This document shows positions 47,409-58,394 of a stretch of DNA of 64,000 nt, piece after piece. This stretch comes from an uncultured Burkholderiales bacterium (GTDB taxonomy: Bacteria > Pseudomonadota > Gammaproteobacteria > Burkholderiales > Burkholderiaceae_C): assembly GCA_903832625.1 (NCBI GenBank), contig CAILCI010000081.1:16452-80451 (forward strand), written 5' to 3'. The notes beneath the pieces were generated by a model. That model did not search any database. It was not told where the DNA came from and worked only from the letters and a program-made list of their open reading frames with translations. The translations under genes were made by a program, and so were the position numbers. Position 1 is the stretch's first letter; each line of letters starts with the position of its first letter.

Positions 47409-48434
47409 TCACGCGCCTTCAGGTTTAATTTGCGCCCGCGCAATCACCTGCTTCCAGCGCGTTTGCTCGGTTTTAATAAACGCCTCAAACTCCGCCGCCG
47501 TATTGCCCACCGACAAAGCGCTGTCGTTGGATAACTTGTCCTTCATGATGCTCCCGCGTGCGGCCTTGATGGCTTCGCTCTCCAGACGCGCCAAATTGGC
47601 TTTTGGCCATTTGCTGGGTGCCAGCAGGCCGTACCACTGCGTCATTTCAAAACCTTTGTAGCCTTGCTCGGCGACGGTGGGCACATCAGGCAATTGCGGC
47701 AAGCGCGAGGTCGAACCCGTGGCAATACAGCGCAGCTTGCCGGCTTTGATGAACTGAATCAGTGCAGGCGCACCCACGGCACTGGCCTGCAAGCGCCCGC
47801 CCATGAGGTCGGTGAGCATAGGCCCCGTGCCTTTGTACGGCACATGCACGACAAAGGTTTCGGTCACCATCTTCAAATACTCAAACGCCAAATGCCCTGC
47901 GCTGCCGTTGCCCGCTGTGCCGTAGTTCATTTGGCCGGGATTCTTTTTGGCGTAGGCCACAAATTCGGTCAGGTTTTTCACTGGCAAATCGGGATGCACC
48001 ACATACAGGCTCGGCACTTTCGAGAGCAAGGTGATGGGCACAAAATCGCGCTGCACGTCATAAGGCAGCTTAGGAAAAATATAGGGGTTGACCGCCAAAG
48101 TGCCAATGTGTCCCAAGATAAAGGTGTGCTCGTCGGTGCTGCCCGCCACTTCTTGCATGGCGATGTTGCCCGCCGCACCGGGCTTGTTGTCCACAAACAC
48201 GTTTTGCCCCAAGCCTTTGCTCATTTCAGCAGCCACGGCACGCGCCACAATTTCTGAGCTGCCCCCGGGCGCAAATGGCACCACCAAACGCATGGGCTTG
48301 TTGGGCCAAGCGTTGTCCGCCCATGCTTGGGTGTGCAGACCGAAAGCACCTGCGCCCAAGCTTGTACCCAACAGCGACAAGCATTGGCGACGGTTCAGAT
48401 GGGTTGGGGTTGGGGTTGGGGTTGAATTTGACAT
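47409..48434 (-). CDS. Bug/TctC tripartite tricarboxylate transporter substrate-binding protein with Tat-like signal
   Basis: RRQCL leader, WPNKPMRLVVPFAPGG, DNKPGAAG, YKG, PDVPT; AAGGAG RBS. Confidence 0.92.
   Translation of the reverse strand: MSNSTPTPTPTHLNRRQCLSLLGTSLGAGAFGLHTQAWADNAWPNKPMRLVVPFAPGGSSEIVARAVAAEMSKGLGQNVFVDNKPGAAGNIAMQEVAGSTDEHTFILGHIGTLAVNPYIFPKLPYDVQRDFVPITLLSKVPSLYVVHPDLPVKNLTEFVAYAKKNPGQMNYGTAGNGSAGHLAFEYLKMVTETFVVHVPYKGTGPMLTDLMGGRLQASAVGAPALIQFIKAGKLRCIATGSTSRLPQLPDVPTVAEQGYKGFEMTQWYGLLAPSKWPKANLARLESEAIKAARGSIMKDKLSNDSALSVGNTAAEFEAFIKTEQTRWKQVIARAQIKPEGA
48401..48424 (+). repeat. Hexamer tandem repeat (GGGTTG)x4 encoding TPTPTPT
   Basis: Four perfect copies read directly. 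Confidence 0.9.
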
Positions 48435-48477
48435 GTCGTCTCCTTGAATTTTTTGTTGCTCAAACATCACGCGACTT

Positions 48478-50379
48478 TTAGCGCAGCGCTTGGTAAATGG
48501 TTTGTGCCAACTCGGGCGAAATGCCTTCGACGCTGCACAGGTCTTGCACACTGGCGTCGGCCACGCCACGGGCGCCGCCAAATCGTTGGAGCAGCTTGGC
48601 GCGCTTTTTGGGGCCAATGCCTGCAATGTCTTCGAGCTTGCTGCCGCCCACGCGCACTTTGGCGCGCGCGGCTCTCATGCCGGTGATGGCAAAGCGGTGC
48701 GCCTCGTCGCGGATTTGCGCGACCAACATCAGCGCCGCAGAATCGCGCCCCAAATAGACTTTTTCTCGGCCATCGGCAAACACCAATTCTTCTAAGCCGA
48801 CTTTGCGGCCTTCGCCTTTTTCCACGCCCACGATGCGCGACAAATCGAGCCCCAAACTCTCAAACACCTCACGCGCCATGCTCACCTGGCCTTTGCCGCC
48901 GTCAATCAACACCAAGTCGGGCAGCTTGCCCTCGCCCGCTTGCACGGCTTCGGCCAGCTTGCTGTAGCGGCGCGTGAGCACTTGGCGCATGGCGGCGTAA
49001 TCATCGCCGGGGGTGATGCCTTCGATGTTGTAGCGTCGGTATTCGCTGCTTTGCATTTTGTGGTGGTGGTAGACCACGCACGACGCTTGGGTGGATTCGC
49101 CCGAGGTGTGCGAAATATCAAAACACTCCACCCGCAGTTGCTCCATGTCGTCCACCACCAAGTCCAGCGCTTCGACCAAAGAGCGGGTGCGGGCTTGCTG
49201 CGAGCCTTCTTCAGCCAACAAGCGGGCGAGTTGAATATCCGCGTTTTGCTGCGCCATGTCCAACCACGCGCGGCGTTGCTCACGCGGTTGGTGAATGGCG
49301 TTGATGCGCACGCCCGTTTGGTCGATCAGCGCTTGAATCAAATCTTTGTCCACCGCATGGCTGGTGATGAGCGTGGGCGGCACAGGCACGTCCAAATAAT
49401 GTTGACTCAAAAAGGCTTCCAGCACATCTTTGGGATCGTCTTGGTCCACATGCACCGGAAAATAAGGCCGATCGCCCAAGTGCCGCCCGCCGCGCACCAT
49501 CGCCAAGTTGACGCAGGCTTTGCCGCCTTGTACTTTGACGGCCAAGATGTCCACGTCTTGGTCGCCCACCGTGTCCACCGCTTGCTGATGCAGCACTTTG
49601 GACAAGGCGCTGATTTGGTTGCGCAACTCCGCCGCTTGTTCAAACTCCAGCCGCTCGGCATGCGCCATCATGCGCTGCTCGATGCCGGACATCACCTCTT
49701 GGGTTTCACCGCGCAGCAAGCGCATGGCGCTGTCTACATCGTTTTGATAATCGGCAGGCGAAATATGGCCCACGCACGGCCCCGAACAACGCTTGATTTG
49801 AAACAACAAACACGGGCGCGTGCGGTTGTTGAACACCGTGTCTTCGCAGGTGCGCAGGCGAAACACTTTTTGCAACAACTGAATGGCTTCGCGCACCGCC
49901 CACACGCTGGGATAGGGGCCAAAATAATCATGACGCTTGTCCACCGCGCCTCGGTAATAGACCACACGCGGGACTTGCGGCGCAGACGGATGCCCCGAGC
50001 TTTGCGCCGCTTTACGTCCATCGGCGCGGGTGATTTTGAGATAGGGGTAACTCTTGTCGTCCCGAAACAAGATATTGTATTTGGGCTTGAGGGTTTTGAT
50101 GAGGTTGTTCTCAAGCAGCAAGGCCTCCGCCTCGGAGCGCACCACGGTGGTCTCCAAACGCACAATCTTGCTCACCATGTGGCCGATGCGCGTGCCGCCG
50201 TGTTCTTTTTGGAAATAACTCGTCACCCGTTTTTTCAGGCTGATGGCTTTGCCCACGTAGAGCAATTGCTCTTGCGCATCAAAGTAGCGATACACCCCCG
50301 GCAGCGCGGGCAAGCTGGCCACTTGTTGCAACAACTCAGGCGGGTGACGGGGTGAGGTGACTTCGGTTTCTTCGGACAT
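48478..50379 (-). CDS. uvrC: Excinuclease ABC subunit C
   Basis: GVY...[36 protein letters not shown], HhH tail. Confidence 0.97.
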   Translation of the reverse strand: MSEETEVTSPRHPPELLQQVASLPALPGVYRYFDAQEQLLYVGKAISLKKRVTSYFQKEHGGTRIGHMVSKIVRLETTVVRSEAEALLLENNLIKTLKPKYNILFRDDKSYPYLKITRADGRKAAQSSGHPSAPQVPRVVYYRGAVDKRHDYFGPYPSVWAVREAIQLLQKVFRLRTCEDTVFNNRTRPCLLFQIKRCSGPCVGHISPADYQNDVDSAMRLLRGETQEVMSGIEQRMMAHAERLEFEQAAELRNQISALSKVLHQQAVDTVGDQDVDILAVKVQGGKACVNLAMVRGGRHLGDRPYFPVHVDQDDPKDVLEAFLSQHYLDVPVPPTLITSHAVDKDLIQALIDQTGVRINAIHQPREQRRAWLDMAQQNADIQLARLLAEEGSQQARTRSLVEALDLVVDDMEQLRVECFDISHTSGESTQASCVVYHHHKMQSSEYRRYNIEGITPGDDYAAMRQVLTRRYSKLAEAVQAGEGKLPDLVLIDGGKGQVSMAREVFESLGLDLSRIVGVEKGEGRKVGLEELVFADGREKVYLGRDSAALMLVAQIRDEAHRFAITGMRAARAKVRVGGSKLEDIAGIGPKKRAKLLQRFGGARGVADASVQDLCSVEGISPELAQTIYQALR

Positions 50380-50405
50380 GTGCGTATTGTGGACAATCTG
50401 AGGCT

Positions 50406-51512
50406 GTGACTTCTGCTCCAAAACCAACAATCCAAGCCCACCCACCGCTTTTGTGGGATATTTTTTGCCGCGTCATCGACAACCACGGCGATTTAGGCGT
50501 GTGCTGGCGTTTGAGCGCCGACCTCGCGCAACGCGGCCACCAAGTGCGCCTGTGGGTCGATGACGCTTCGGCTTTGCGCTGGATGGCACCTTTGGGTGTG
50601 CAAGGCGTGCACGTGTTTGACTGGAACGACTGCTTGGCACTGGACACCGTGGGCGACGTGGTGGTGGAAGGTTTTGGCTGTGAACTGCCGCAAACGGTAC
50701 AAGCCCGCATCGCACAGCGCCCGCGCGCCGTGTGGCTCAATTTGGAATATTTGAGCGCCGAAGAATTTGTAGAACGCAGCCACGGCCTGCCCTCGCCCGT
50801 CATGCGTGGCGCGGCGCAAGGGCTGACCAAACATTTTTTCTACCCCGGTTTCACCCCAAAAACAGGCGGTTTGCTGCGCGAAGCAGATGTATTGACCCGC
50901 CAACACGCCTTTGACCCCAACGCATGGAGGCGCAGCCAAGGCCTGCCTGACGACAAGAACGCGCTGTGGGTGTCTTTGTTTTGCTATGAACCTGCGGGTT
51001 TGTTGGCTTTGCTTCAAAGTCTGGCGACCGCTTCGCGCCCCGTGCGTGTGTTGGCCACCGCAGGTCGCGCGCAGCAGGCATTGGCACACGCTGTGCAACA
51101 ACTGGGCTGGCAGGATGCGCTGCCCGACCAGCTGCACATTCACCCACTCCCGTATTTGAGTCAAACCGACTACGACCATCTGCTGTGGTCGTGCCAGCTC
51201 AACTGTGTGCGCGGCGAAGACTCGCTGGTGCGTGCCCTGTGGGCAGGCCAAGCCTTGGTTTGGCACATCTACCCGCAAGAAGACAAGGCCCACCACGCCA
51301 AACTCGACGCATTTTTAGATTGGCTCCAAGCCCCCACCAGTTTGCGAGATTTTCACCATGCGTGGAATGGCATGAGCACGCCCAAGGCCTTGGCGGTGGA
51401 TCTAAAAACTTGGCAAGCTTGCATCCAGGCAGCGCGGGAGCGCTTGTTGGTGCAACAGAGTTTGGTGGAGCAGTTGCTGGGGTTTGTGTCTGGGCAACAC
51501 AACTCAAACTGA
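50406..51512 (+). CDS. earP: EF-P arginine rhamnosyltransferase (GTG start)
   Basis: [38 protein letters not shown]; directly upstream of efp. Confidence 0.93.
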   Translation: MTSAPKPTIQAHPPLLWDIFCRVIDNHGDLGVCWRLSADLAQRGHQVRLWVDDASALRWMAPLGVQGVHVFDWNDCLALDTVGDVVVEGFGCELPQTVQARIAQRPRAVWLNLEYLSAEEFVERSHGLPSPVMRGAAQGLTKHFFYPGFTPKTGGLLREADVLTRQHAFDPNAWRRSQGLPDDKNALWVSLFCYEPAGLLALLQSLATASRPVRVLATAGRAQQALAHAVQQLGWQDALPDQLHIHPLPYLSQTDYDHLLWSCQLNCVRGEDSLVRALWAGQALVWHIYPQEDKAHHAKLDAFLDWLQAPTSLRDFHHAWNGMSTPKALAVDLKTWQACIQAARERLLVQQSLVEQLLGFVSGQHNSN

Positions 51513-51608
51513 TGCTTTAAGACTCATTTTGGTGCCTCAACGCGAAACAGCTAGAATGTTGGGTTTGGCGAATCGCCTCCTCATTCCTTATTTCAGACAA
51601 AAAGCACC

Positions 51609-52163
51609 ATGAAAACCGCACAAGAAATCCGCGTTGGCAACGTCATCATGCACGGCAAAGACCCCATGGTGGTCTTGCGTACCGAATACCAACGGGGTGG
51701 CCGCGGCTCATCCACGGTTCGCATGAAGCTCAAAAGCTTGATCGCCAACTTCGGCACCGAAGTGGTGTTTCGCGCTGACGACAAAATGGACCAAGTCATC
51801 TTGGACAAAAAAGAGTGCACCTACTCTTACTTTGCCGATCCCATGTATGTCTGCATGGACACCGAATTCAACCAATACGAAGTCGAAGCCAGCAACATGG
51901 GCGACGCACTGAACTACCTCGAAGACGGCATGCAACTCGAAGTCGTGTTCTACGACGAAAAAGCCATCTCAGTTGAATTGCCCACCACCGTGGTGCGCGA
52001 AATCACTTGGACAGAACCCGCCGTCAAAGGCGACACCTCTGGCAAAGTCATGAAGCCCGCCAAAATCGCCACCGGCTTTGAAGTGGCCGTGCCTTTGTTT
52101 GTGGCACAAGGCGACAAAATCGAAGTGGACACACGCACGGGCGAATACCGCAAGCGCGTTTAA
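51609..52163 (+). CDS. efp: Elongation factor P, Arg32 type
   Basis: RGGR32G loop, [16 protein letters not shown]. Confidence 0.97.
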   Translation: MKTAQEIRVGNVIMHGKDPMVVLRTEYQRGGRGSSTVRMKLKSLIANFGTEVVFRADDKMDQVILDKKECTYSYFADPMYVCMDTEFNQYEVEASNMGDALNYLEDGMQLEVVFYDEKAISVELPTTVVREITWTEPAVKGDTSGKVMKPAKIATGFEVAVPLFVAQGDKIEVDTRTGEYRKRV

Positions 52164-52181
52164 GACCCCCTTTGCTTCATC

Positions 52182-52207
52182 AAAAGGCTCCTTTGGGAGC
52201 CTTTTTT
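52182..52207 (+). terminator. Terminator after efp
   Basis: AAAAGGCTCC-TTTG-GGAGCCTTTTTT. Confidence 0.8.
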
Positions 52208-52234
52208 ACGCTGGTGAACGACTAAGATCAGCCC

Positions 52235-53098
52235 ATGGACGCAATGCTCAACCCTCACGACAGACGCTTGGCCGATGCTTGGGAAACCCTCAAGTCTCAG
52301 TTTGACAACGGCGACAAGCTCAGCCCCGAATCCAACCGCTTGGCTTTTGCCGACCCCGAGTTTTTGCTGCGGCGCGAAACCCGTGGCGTTCGCATGCAGC
52401 TGGAAATGCTCAAGCCCGATTTGGCCCAGCATGAACACGGCATTGAAAACACCGTGGTAGTGTTTGGCAGCGCACGTTTTCGCAGCGAAGCCGATGCCCA
52501 CCAAGCCTTGGTTCGCGCCCAAGACAGCGGCGACGAAACCGAGTTAGACCACGCCCAGCGTTTGGTACGCAACGCCCGCTACTACGAACAAGCGCGCGCT
52601 TTTGGTCGCCTCGTGACCGAATACAGCGCATTGCAAAGCGCGCCGCACAAGCTCTTTATTTGCACCGGCGGCGGCCCGGGCATCATGGAAGCCGCCAATC
52701 GCGGTGCCTCTGAGGCCGGCGGCTTGAGCGTGGGGCTCAACATTGCGCTACCGCATGAACAATCGCCCAACCCCTACATCACCCCAGACCTCAGCTTCAA
52801 GTTTCATTATTTTGCGCTGCGCAAAATGCACTTCATGATGCGGGCAATGGCGCTGGTGGCTTTTCCCGGCGGCTTTGGCACATTGGATGAATTGTTCGAA
52901 ACCCTCACCTTGGTGCAATGCAAAAAAGCCAAGCCTGTGCCAATCGTTTTGTATGGCACAGATTATTGGAAACGTTTGCTCAACTTCGAGACCTTGGTGG
53001 AAGAAGGCGTGATCGACTCAAAAGACTTGGCGCTTTTCAACTATGTCGACACGGTAGAAGACGCTTGGAACGTCATCCGTGAGTTTTATCAACTCTGA
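52235..53098 (+). CDS. LOG-family (TIGR00730-like) nucleotide phosphoribohydrolase
   Basis: VFGSAR, TGGGPGIMEAAN, FPGGFGTLDELFE. Confidence 0.88.
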   Translation: MDAMLNPHDRRLADAWETLKSQFDNGDKLSPESNRLAFADPEFLLRRETRGVRMQLEMLKPDLAQHEHGIENTVVVFGSARFRSEADAHQALVRAQDSGDETELDHAQRLVRNARYYEQARAFGRLVTEYSALQSAPHKLFICTGGGPGIMEAANRGASEAGGLSVGLNIALPHEQSPNPYITPDLSFKFHYFALRKMHFMMRAMALVAFPGGFGTLDELFETLTLVQCKKAKPVPIVLYGTDYWKRLLNFETLVEEGVIDSKDLALFNYVDTVEDAWNVIREFYQL

Positions 53099-54224
53099 GT
53101 TGAAACGCAGTGCGTGAGCCCACGCCCACAATGGCTGAGACGCACCAAAACACGCTGCCCACACCAATCACAGCGCCCAAGGCACCAAACACCATGGGCA
53201 TGACCACGCTGGACGCATTGATGCCCATCAAGCGCAGGCCAATCGCCTCGCCATGACGCGCCTCGGGCGTGATTTGGTGCAAGGTACTCATGACCATCGG
53301 CTGCACCGAGCCCAGCGACAAGCCCAACAAAACCGAACACACGGCCATCGCCCACGCCTCTTGGGTGAAGGGGTAAATGCCCAGCAGCAATGAGGTGAGC
53401 AACATCGCTCCCGTAATGACTTGCCACTCTTGCAAGCGCCCGACCAACAGGGGCAAGATCAAACGAATCACCGTCGCGGCCACCGCGAAGCCGCCCAAGA
53501 TGGCGCCAATCACCGAGGCGCTCAGGCCGCGTTCATGGCCCAAAATTGGCACGACAAAGGTGTGCACATCCCAACAAGCCGACAAAAACCAATTCACCAC
53601 CAACAAGCGCCTGAACATGGGGTCTTGCAGCAAATCCCAAGCGCTGTTTTTTTCATGGCCTTGGGCTTGCACCACCGGCGGCAGTTCACGGGTTTTATGA
53701 ACCCAGCCCCAAGTGAGCAAAGGCAGCAAGGCCAAGGCCGCAAACGCCCATTGAAAACCCGCGCCGTCAATGATGAAGCCCGCCATCAAAGGCCCAATGA
53801 AGTTAGAAAACGCCGGCCCCACAGCCAACCAACTGAAGGCTTGTTTGAGTTGCGTGGCGTCGTGCACAGCGCGCCCGACATGGCGCTGCAAGGCGATGAT
53901 GGCGCCGCCCGTTGCACCGCCCGTGAACAAAGCCGACACGCACAGCACTGGAAACACCGGCCAAATGGCCGCCATGCCTGCGCCCAAGGTGGCAGCCAGC
54001 ACGCTCCACATCATCGGGCGCTTTAAGCCGTGTTTGTCGGCATAACGGCCTGCGGGCAAGGCCAAAAAAACTTGCGTCAGCGCAAACAAGGCCAACAAAA
54101 AACCCACCGCTGCACTGCTCTCGCCGGCTCTGAGCGCCATCAAGGGCGTGGCCATGCGCATGCCCGTCATGCAGGCATGCAAACAGACTTGTCCGGCGAT
54201 GAGTTTGAAGAGTTCGCGTTTCAA
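53073..54224 (-). CDS. MFS transporter (TTG start overlapping the rmuC stop)
   Basis: About 12 hydrophobic segments, GRYADKHG motif A. Confidence 0.88.
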   Translation of the reverse strand: MKRELFKLIAGQVCLHACMTGMRMATPLMALRAGESSAAVGFLLALFALTQVFLALPAGRYADKHGLKRPMMWSVLAATLGAGMAAIWPVFPVLCVSALFTGGATGGAIIALQRHVGRAVHDATQLKQAFSWLAVGPAFSNFIGPLMAGFIIDGAGFQWAFAALALLPLLTWGWVHKTRELPPVVQAQGHEKNSAWDLLQDPMFRRLLVVNWFLSACWDVHTFVVPILGHERGLSASVIGAILGGFAVAATVIRLILPLLVGRLQEWQVITGAMLLTSLLLGIYPFTQEAWAMAVCSVLLGLSLGSVQPMVMSTLHQITPEARHGEAIGLRLMGINASSVVMPMVFGALGAVIGVGSVFWCVSAIVGVGSRTAFQLRVDKTHG

Positions 54225-55519
54225 GAGGCGGCGTCCGTGTCGTCCAAGGCCTCGTTCACGCCGGGCAACAGGGCTTGCGCTTCGCCTTCGGGCAAGGCTT
54301 CGACGTTTTTCAAAGCGCGGCGCATTTGGCGACTGCGGGTGTCGGCTTTGTCCAAGGTGTCGGCGGCTTTTTGCACTTGTTCGCGCACTTTTTCCACCCA
54401 ATCGCCGTAGCGTTCAAACTCGGTTTTGACCGCGCCCAAAACTTTCCACACTTCGGAGGCTTGTTGCTCCAGCGCCAAGGTGCGAAAACCCATGTGCAAG
54501 CTGTTGAGCATGGCCAAGAGCGTGGTGGGCCCCGCCAGTGAGACGCGGTAGTCGCGCTGCAAACTGTCCATCAAGCCGGGGCGACGCAGCACTTCGGCAT
54601 AGAGGCCTTCGGTGGGCAAAAACAAGATCGCAAAGTCGGTGGTGTACGGTGGCGCGAGGTAGCTCTCGGCAATGCTTTTGGCTTCGGTACGAATGCGCAC
54701 CTCCAGCGCTTTGGCGGCCACTTCTGCGCCCAACGCATCGGCGCGGTCTTGGGCGTCGAGCAAGCGCTCATAGTCTTCACGCGGAAACTTGGCGTCGATA
54801 GGCAACCACACGGGTTCGCCGTCAGCACCGCCGCGCCCGGGAAAGCGAATCGCAAAATCCACCCGCTGGTTGCTGCGCGGTTTGGTTTCGACTTGCTTGC
54901 CATATTGCTCGATGGTCAGCACTTGCTCCAACAAAGCTTCCAGCTGCACCTCGCCAAACATGCCCCGGGTTTTGACATTGGTGAGCACGCGCTGCAAGCT
55001 GCCCACGCCGTCGGCGAGTTTTTGCATTTGCCCCAAACCGTTGTGCACTTGCTCCAAACGCTCGGCCACTTGTTTGAAGCTCTCCGACAAGCGTTTTTCC
55101 AAGGTGGTTTGGAGTTTTTCGTCCACCGTGCGGCGCATTTCGTCGAGCTTGTCGGCATTGCTTTTTTGCAGTTGCTGCAACTGCTGGTTCAAGGTGTCGG
55201 TGAGCGACTTTTGCATCAGGCTCAACTGTTGCAATTGGTTTTGCTGTTGTTGTGCCGAATTGGTGAGCAAGGCTTGTTGTTGTTGCGCCAAAGTTTGTGC
55301 CAATTCTTGGCGTCCACCGCGTGAGGATTCGGCAATTTCAAACCGCAATTCGCGCTCGATGCGGTCGAGCTTGGCTTGCAACGCCACGGCTTGTTCTTGA
55401 TGCGCCGATGGGTCTGCCTGGTTGGCACGCAAAACGCGCCACAACAGCAAGGCCAACAAAGCCGTGTTGAGGCATAAGAAGATCCAAATCAACCCATTGC
55501 TTGCTGCGTTGTCCATCAT
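54221..55519 (-). CDS. rmuC: DNA recombination protein RmuC
   Basis: N-terminal TM helix, coiled coil, RGMFGE, PIDAKFP, FLPTEGLY, AGPTT. Confidence 0.93.
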   Translation of the reverse strand: MMDNAASNGLIWIFLCLNTALLALLLWRVLRANQADPSAHQEQAVALQAKLDRIERELRFEIAESSRGGRQELAQTLAQQQQALLTNSAQQQQNQLQQLSLMQKSLTDTLNQQLQQLQKSNADKLDEMRRTVDEKLQTTLEKRLSESFKQVAERLEQVHNGLGQMQKLADGVGSLQRVLTNVKTRGMFGEVQLEALLEQVLTIEQYGKQVETKPRSNQRVDFAIRFPGRGGADGEPVWLPIDAKFPREDYERLLDAQDRADALGAEVAAKALEVRIRTEAKSIAESYLAPPYTTDFAILFLPTEGLYAEVLRRPGLMDSLQRDYRVSLAGPTTLLAMLNSLHMGFRTLALEQQASEVWKVLGAVKTEFERYGDWVEKVREQVQKAADTLDKADTRSRQMRRALKNVEALPEGEAQALLPGVNEALDDTDAAS

Positions 55520-56490
55520 GCGCCCAGCGTGTTCAAAGGCGTGATGGCGCGGCCTTGTGTGAAAAAGCTGATCAGGTTGTCAGCCGCCAAATTCGCCATG
55601 GCCATGCGTGTAGCAATGGACGCGCTGGCGATGTGCGGCGTCAAGACCACATTGGGCACGGTCAGCAAATCGGGATGCACCTTGGGCTCGCCTTCAAACA
55701 CATCCAAGCCGGCTGCGGCAATGGTGCGATTGCGCAAGGCTTGCGCCAAGGCAGCGTCGTCCACAATGCCGCCGCGTGCAATGTTGACCAAGGTGGCCGT
55801 CGGCTTCATTTGCGCCAACTCCGCGGCGCCCATCGCGTGGTGCGACTCGGCGCTGTAGGGCAGCACCAACACCACATGGTCGGCGCTGCGCAAAAGTTCT
55901 TCTTTGCTCACATAGCGGGCTTTGCATTCGGCTTCTTGCGCTGCGCTCAAGCGCGAGCGGTTGTGATAAATCACCTTCATGCCAAAGCCGTGCGCGCCGC
56001 GTTTGGCAATGCCTTGTCCAATGCGCCCCATGCCCAGAATGCCCAACGTGGAGCCATGCACTTCTGCGCCCGCAAACATGTCGTAGCGCCATTGCTTCCA
56101 TTCGCCTCGGCGCAAAAAATGTTCGCTCTCGGTCAAGCGGCGTGCGGTGGCCATGAGCAAGGCAAAGCCAAAGTCTGCCGTGGTTTCGGTCAACACGTCG
56201 GGCGTGTTGCTGGCTTGTACGCCGTGTGCGGTCATGGCGGGCACATCAAAGTTGTTGAATCCCACGGCCATGTTGGCCACGGCTTTGAGCTGAGGACACA
56301 CGGCCAGCACATCCTTGTTGATCGGGTCTGCGCCCGTGGTCAAGGCGCCTGCGTGTTGGGAGAGTTGGGCTTTCCATTCGTCCAGCGTCCAAGCGTGATC
56401 GGCTTGGTTGTCGGTGACGTTGAAATGTTCGCGCAGACGCGCCAGCACTTCTTCAAAAATAGGCCGCGCCACAAGGAGGTTGGGTTTCAT
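55516..56490 (-). CDS. D-2-hydroxyacid dehydrogenase (glyoxylate/hydroxypyruvate reductase-like)
   Basis: NTPDVLTETTAD, GMGRIG, NIARG, LDVFEGEP, PHIAS. Confidence 0.9.
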   Translation of the reverse strand: MKPNLLVARPIFEEVLARLREHFNVTDNQADHAWTLDEWKAQLSQHAGALTTGADPINKDVLAVCPQLKAVANMAVGFNNFDVPAMTAHGVQASNTPDVLTETTADFGFALLMATARRLTESEHFLRRGEWKQWRYDMFAGAEVHGSTLGILGMGRIGQGIAKRGAHGFGMKVIYHNRSRLSAAQEAECKARYVSKEELLRSADHVVLVLPYSAESHHAMGAAELAQMKPTATLVNIARGGIVDDAALAQALRNRTIAAAGLDVFEGEPKVHPDLLTVPNVVLTPHIASASIATRMAMANLAADNLISFFTQGRAITPLNTLGA

Positions 56491-56497
56491 AGATTTT

Positions 56498-57682
56498 TTA
56501 TGCAGGTTGCTCAATGCCGAAGACTTGGCGCAAATACGCCAAATAACGCTGGTCTTCGCACATGTTTTTAGAAGGCGTGTCCGACAACTTGGCCACCGGC
56601 TGGCCGTTGCACTGCACCATTTTGATGACGATTTGCAGCGGTTCATAGCCCAAGTCGTTGGTCAAGTTGGTGCCAATGCCAAAAGCCAGTTTGCATCGGC
56701 CACGGAACTGTTGGTAGAGCGCAATCGTGCGCTCGACGGTCAAGCCATCGCTGAAGATCAGGGTTTTGGTGAGTGGATCGACGCGGTTTTCGCGGTAGTG
56801 CGCAATCATGCGCTCGCCCCATGTGAAGGGGTCGCCGCTGTCGTGGCGGGCGCCGTCAAACAGCTTGCAAAAATACATGTCGAAGTCGCGCAAGAAAGGC
56901 TCAATGCCGTAGACGTCGCTCAGGGCAATGCCCAAGTCGCCTCGGTATTCACGCGCCCAAGTTTCAAAGCCAAACACTTGACTGTCGCGCAAACGCGGGC
57001 CCAAGGCCTGGCAGGCCTGCAAGTATTCGTGCGCCATGGTGCCCAAGGGCGTAAGGCCAAGCTTCATGGCAAACAATGCGTTGCTGGTGCCAGCAAACTG
57101 ACCGTCCGCACCGGTGCCGAGCTTGGCGCCCAAAACGCGCAAAATTTCTTCATGCCACGCTTTGGAAAAACGCCTGCGCGTGCCGTAGTCGGCAATTTTC
57201 AAATCGCTCAAACGCTCGGCATGCAAGGCCTGCACTTTTTGGTCGAGTCGCTTTCGCCCTTCAACAAAATCAGGCACTTGTTGGGTGTTGCGGAAATAGA
57301 CTTCGTTGACGATGGCCAGCACCGGAATTTCAAACAAAATCGTGTGCAACCAAGGCCCTTGAATGCTGATGTCAATCTCGCCATTGGGCATGGCGCTGAC
57401 TTGGATGTATTTTTCATTGAGCTTGAACAAGCCCAAAAAATCCACAAAGTCGCTCTTGATGAAACGCAAGCTGCGCAACCAAGCCAGCTCCGACTCCTGA
57501 AAATGCAAGCTGCACAGCGAGCGAATTTCGTCGCGAATTTCTTGCACATAAGGCGCCAGCTCAATGCCCGGATTGCGGCACTTGAATTTGTAAGCCACCT
57601 GAGCGCTAGGAAACTGATGCAGCACCGCCTGCATCATGGTGAACTTGTACAGGTCTGTGTCGAGCAGGCTGGTGATGATCAT
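56498..57682 (-). CDS. pncB: Nicotinate phosphoribosyltransferase
   Basis: LDTDLYK, DYGTRRR, GTMAHE, RHDSGDP, KLSD. Confidence 0.96.
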   Translation of the reverse strand: MIITSLLDTDLYKFTMMQAVLHQFPSAQVAYKFKCRNPGIELAPYVQEIRDEIRSLCSLHFQESELAWLRSLRFIKSDFVDFLGLFKLNEKYIQVSAMPNGEIDISIQGPWLHTILFEIPVLAIVNEVYFRNTQQVPDFVEGRKRLDQKVQALHAERLSDLKIADYGTRRRFSKAWHEEILRVLGAKLGTGADGQFAGTSNALFAMKLGLTPLGTMAHEYLQACQALGPRLRDSQVFGFETWAREYRGDLGIALSDVYGIEPFLRDFDMYFCKLFDGARHDSGDPFTWGERMIAHYRENRVDPLTKTLIFSDGLTVERTIALYQQFRGRCKLAFGIGTNLTNDLGYEPLQIVIKMVQCNGQPVAKLSDTPSKNMCEDQRYLAYLRQVFGIEQPA

Positions 57683-57686
57683 GCGC

Positions 57687-58394
57687 TCATTCCACCCAAT
57701 GTGTGAATTCGCTGACCGGCACACGCGGCGTGGCAAAGCTGTTGACCTTGTCGCTCATGTCGGCATAGCCCAGCGACAAACCGCACACCAAGCGCTCGTT
57801 CTCGCCCGCGCCCACATGCGGCAGGATGATGCTGTGAAAATTGTTCCAAGCCGCTTGCGGGCACGTGTGCAAGCCACGCGCGCGCGCCGCCAACATGATG
57901 TTTTGCACAAACATGCCGTAGTCAAACAAAGAGCCGCGTCCCATGACGGGGTCGATGGTGAACATCATGCCCACGGGCGCATCGAAGAACTTGAAATTGC
58001 GTTGCTGCTGTTGGTGCATTTTGTCTTTGTCGGCCTTGCCAATGCCCAACAAACCATACAAGCCCCAGCCGTTTTCGCGACGACGGTCGATGTAGGGGCT
58101 GACCCATTGTTCGGGGTAGTAATCGTATTGCTCTTGGTATTGCTTGGCGACTTCGGGATTGGCGCGAATGGCTTCGTGGGCGGCGCACACTTTTTCGACC
58201 AACGCATCGCGGCTCGCGCCCTGCAAGACATAGACCTTCCAAGGCTGAGTATTGGTGCCTGACGGTGCGCGGCTCGCGACTTGCAAAATCTCGGTGATCA
58301 ACTCACGCGACACCGCTTGCTGGGTGAAGGCGCGTGCCGACATGCGCGAGGTGATGGCGTGATCGACAGCAGTGACTTCTGCGGAATGACTCAT
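57687..58394 (-). CDS. Nitroreductase-family protein
   Basis: [31 protein letters not shown]. Confidence 0.88.
   Translation of the reverse strand: MSHSAEVTAVDHAITSRMSARAFTQQAVSRELITEILQVASRAPSGTNTQPWKVYVLQGASRDALVEKVCAAHEAIRANPEVAKQYQEQYDYYPEQWVSPYIDRRRENGWGLYGLLGIGKADKDKMHQQQQRNFKFFDAPVGMMFTIDPVMGRGSLFDYGMFVQNIMLAARARGLHTCPQAAWNNFHSIILPHVGAGENERLVCGLSLGYADMSDKVNSFATPRVPVSEFTHWVE

Noticed and set aside
49960-50040. Short insertion after the UvrC GIY-YIG domain ([15 protein letters not shown])
   Set aside because: Low-complexity in-frame loop with no intein or domain signature
48940-50355. 471-aa plus-strand ORF
   Set aside because: Antisense shadow of uvrC
56408-57706. 432-aa plus-strand ORF
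   Set aside because: Antisense shadow of pncB
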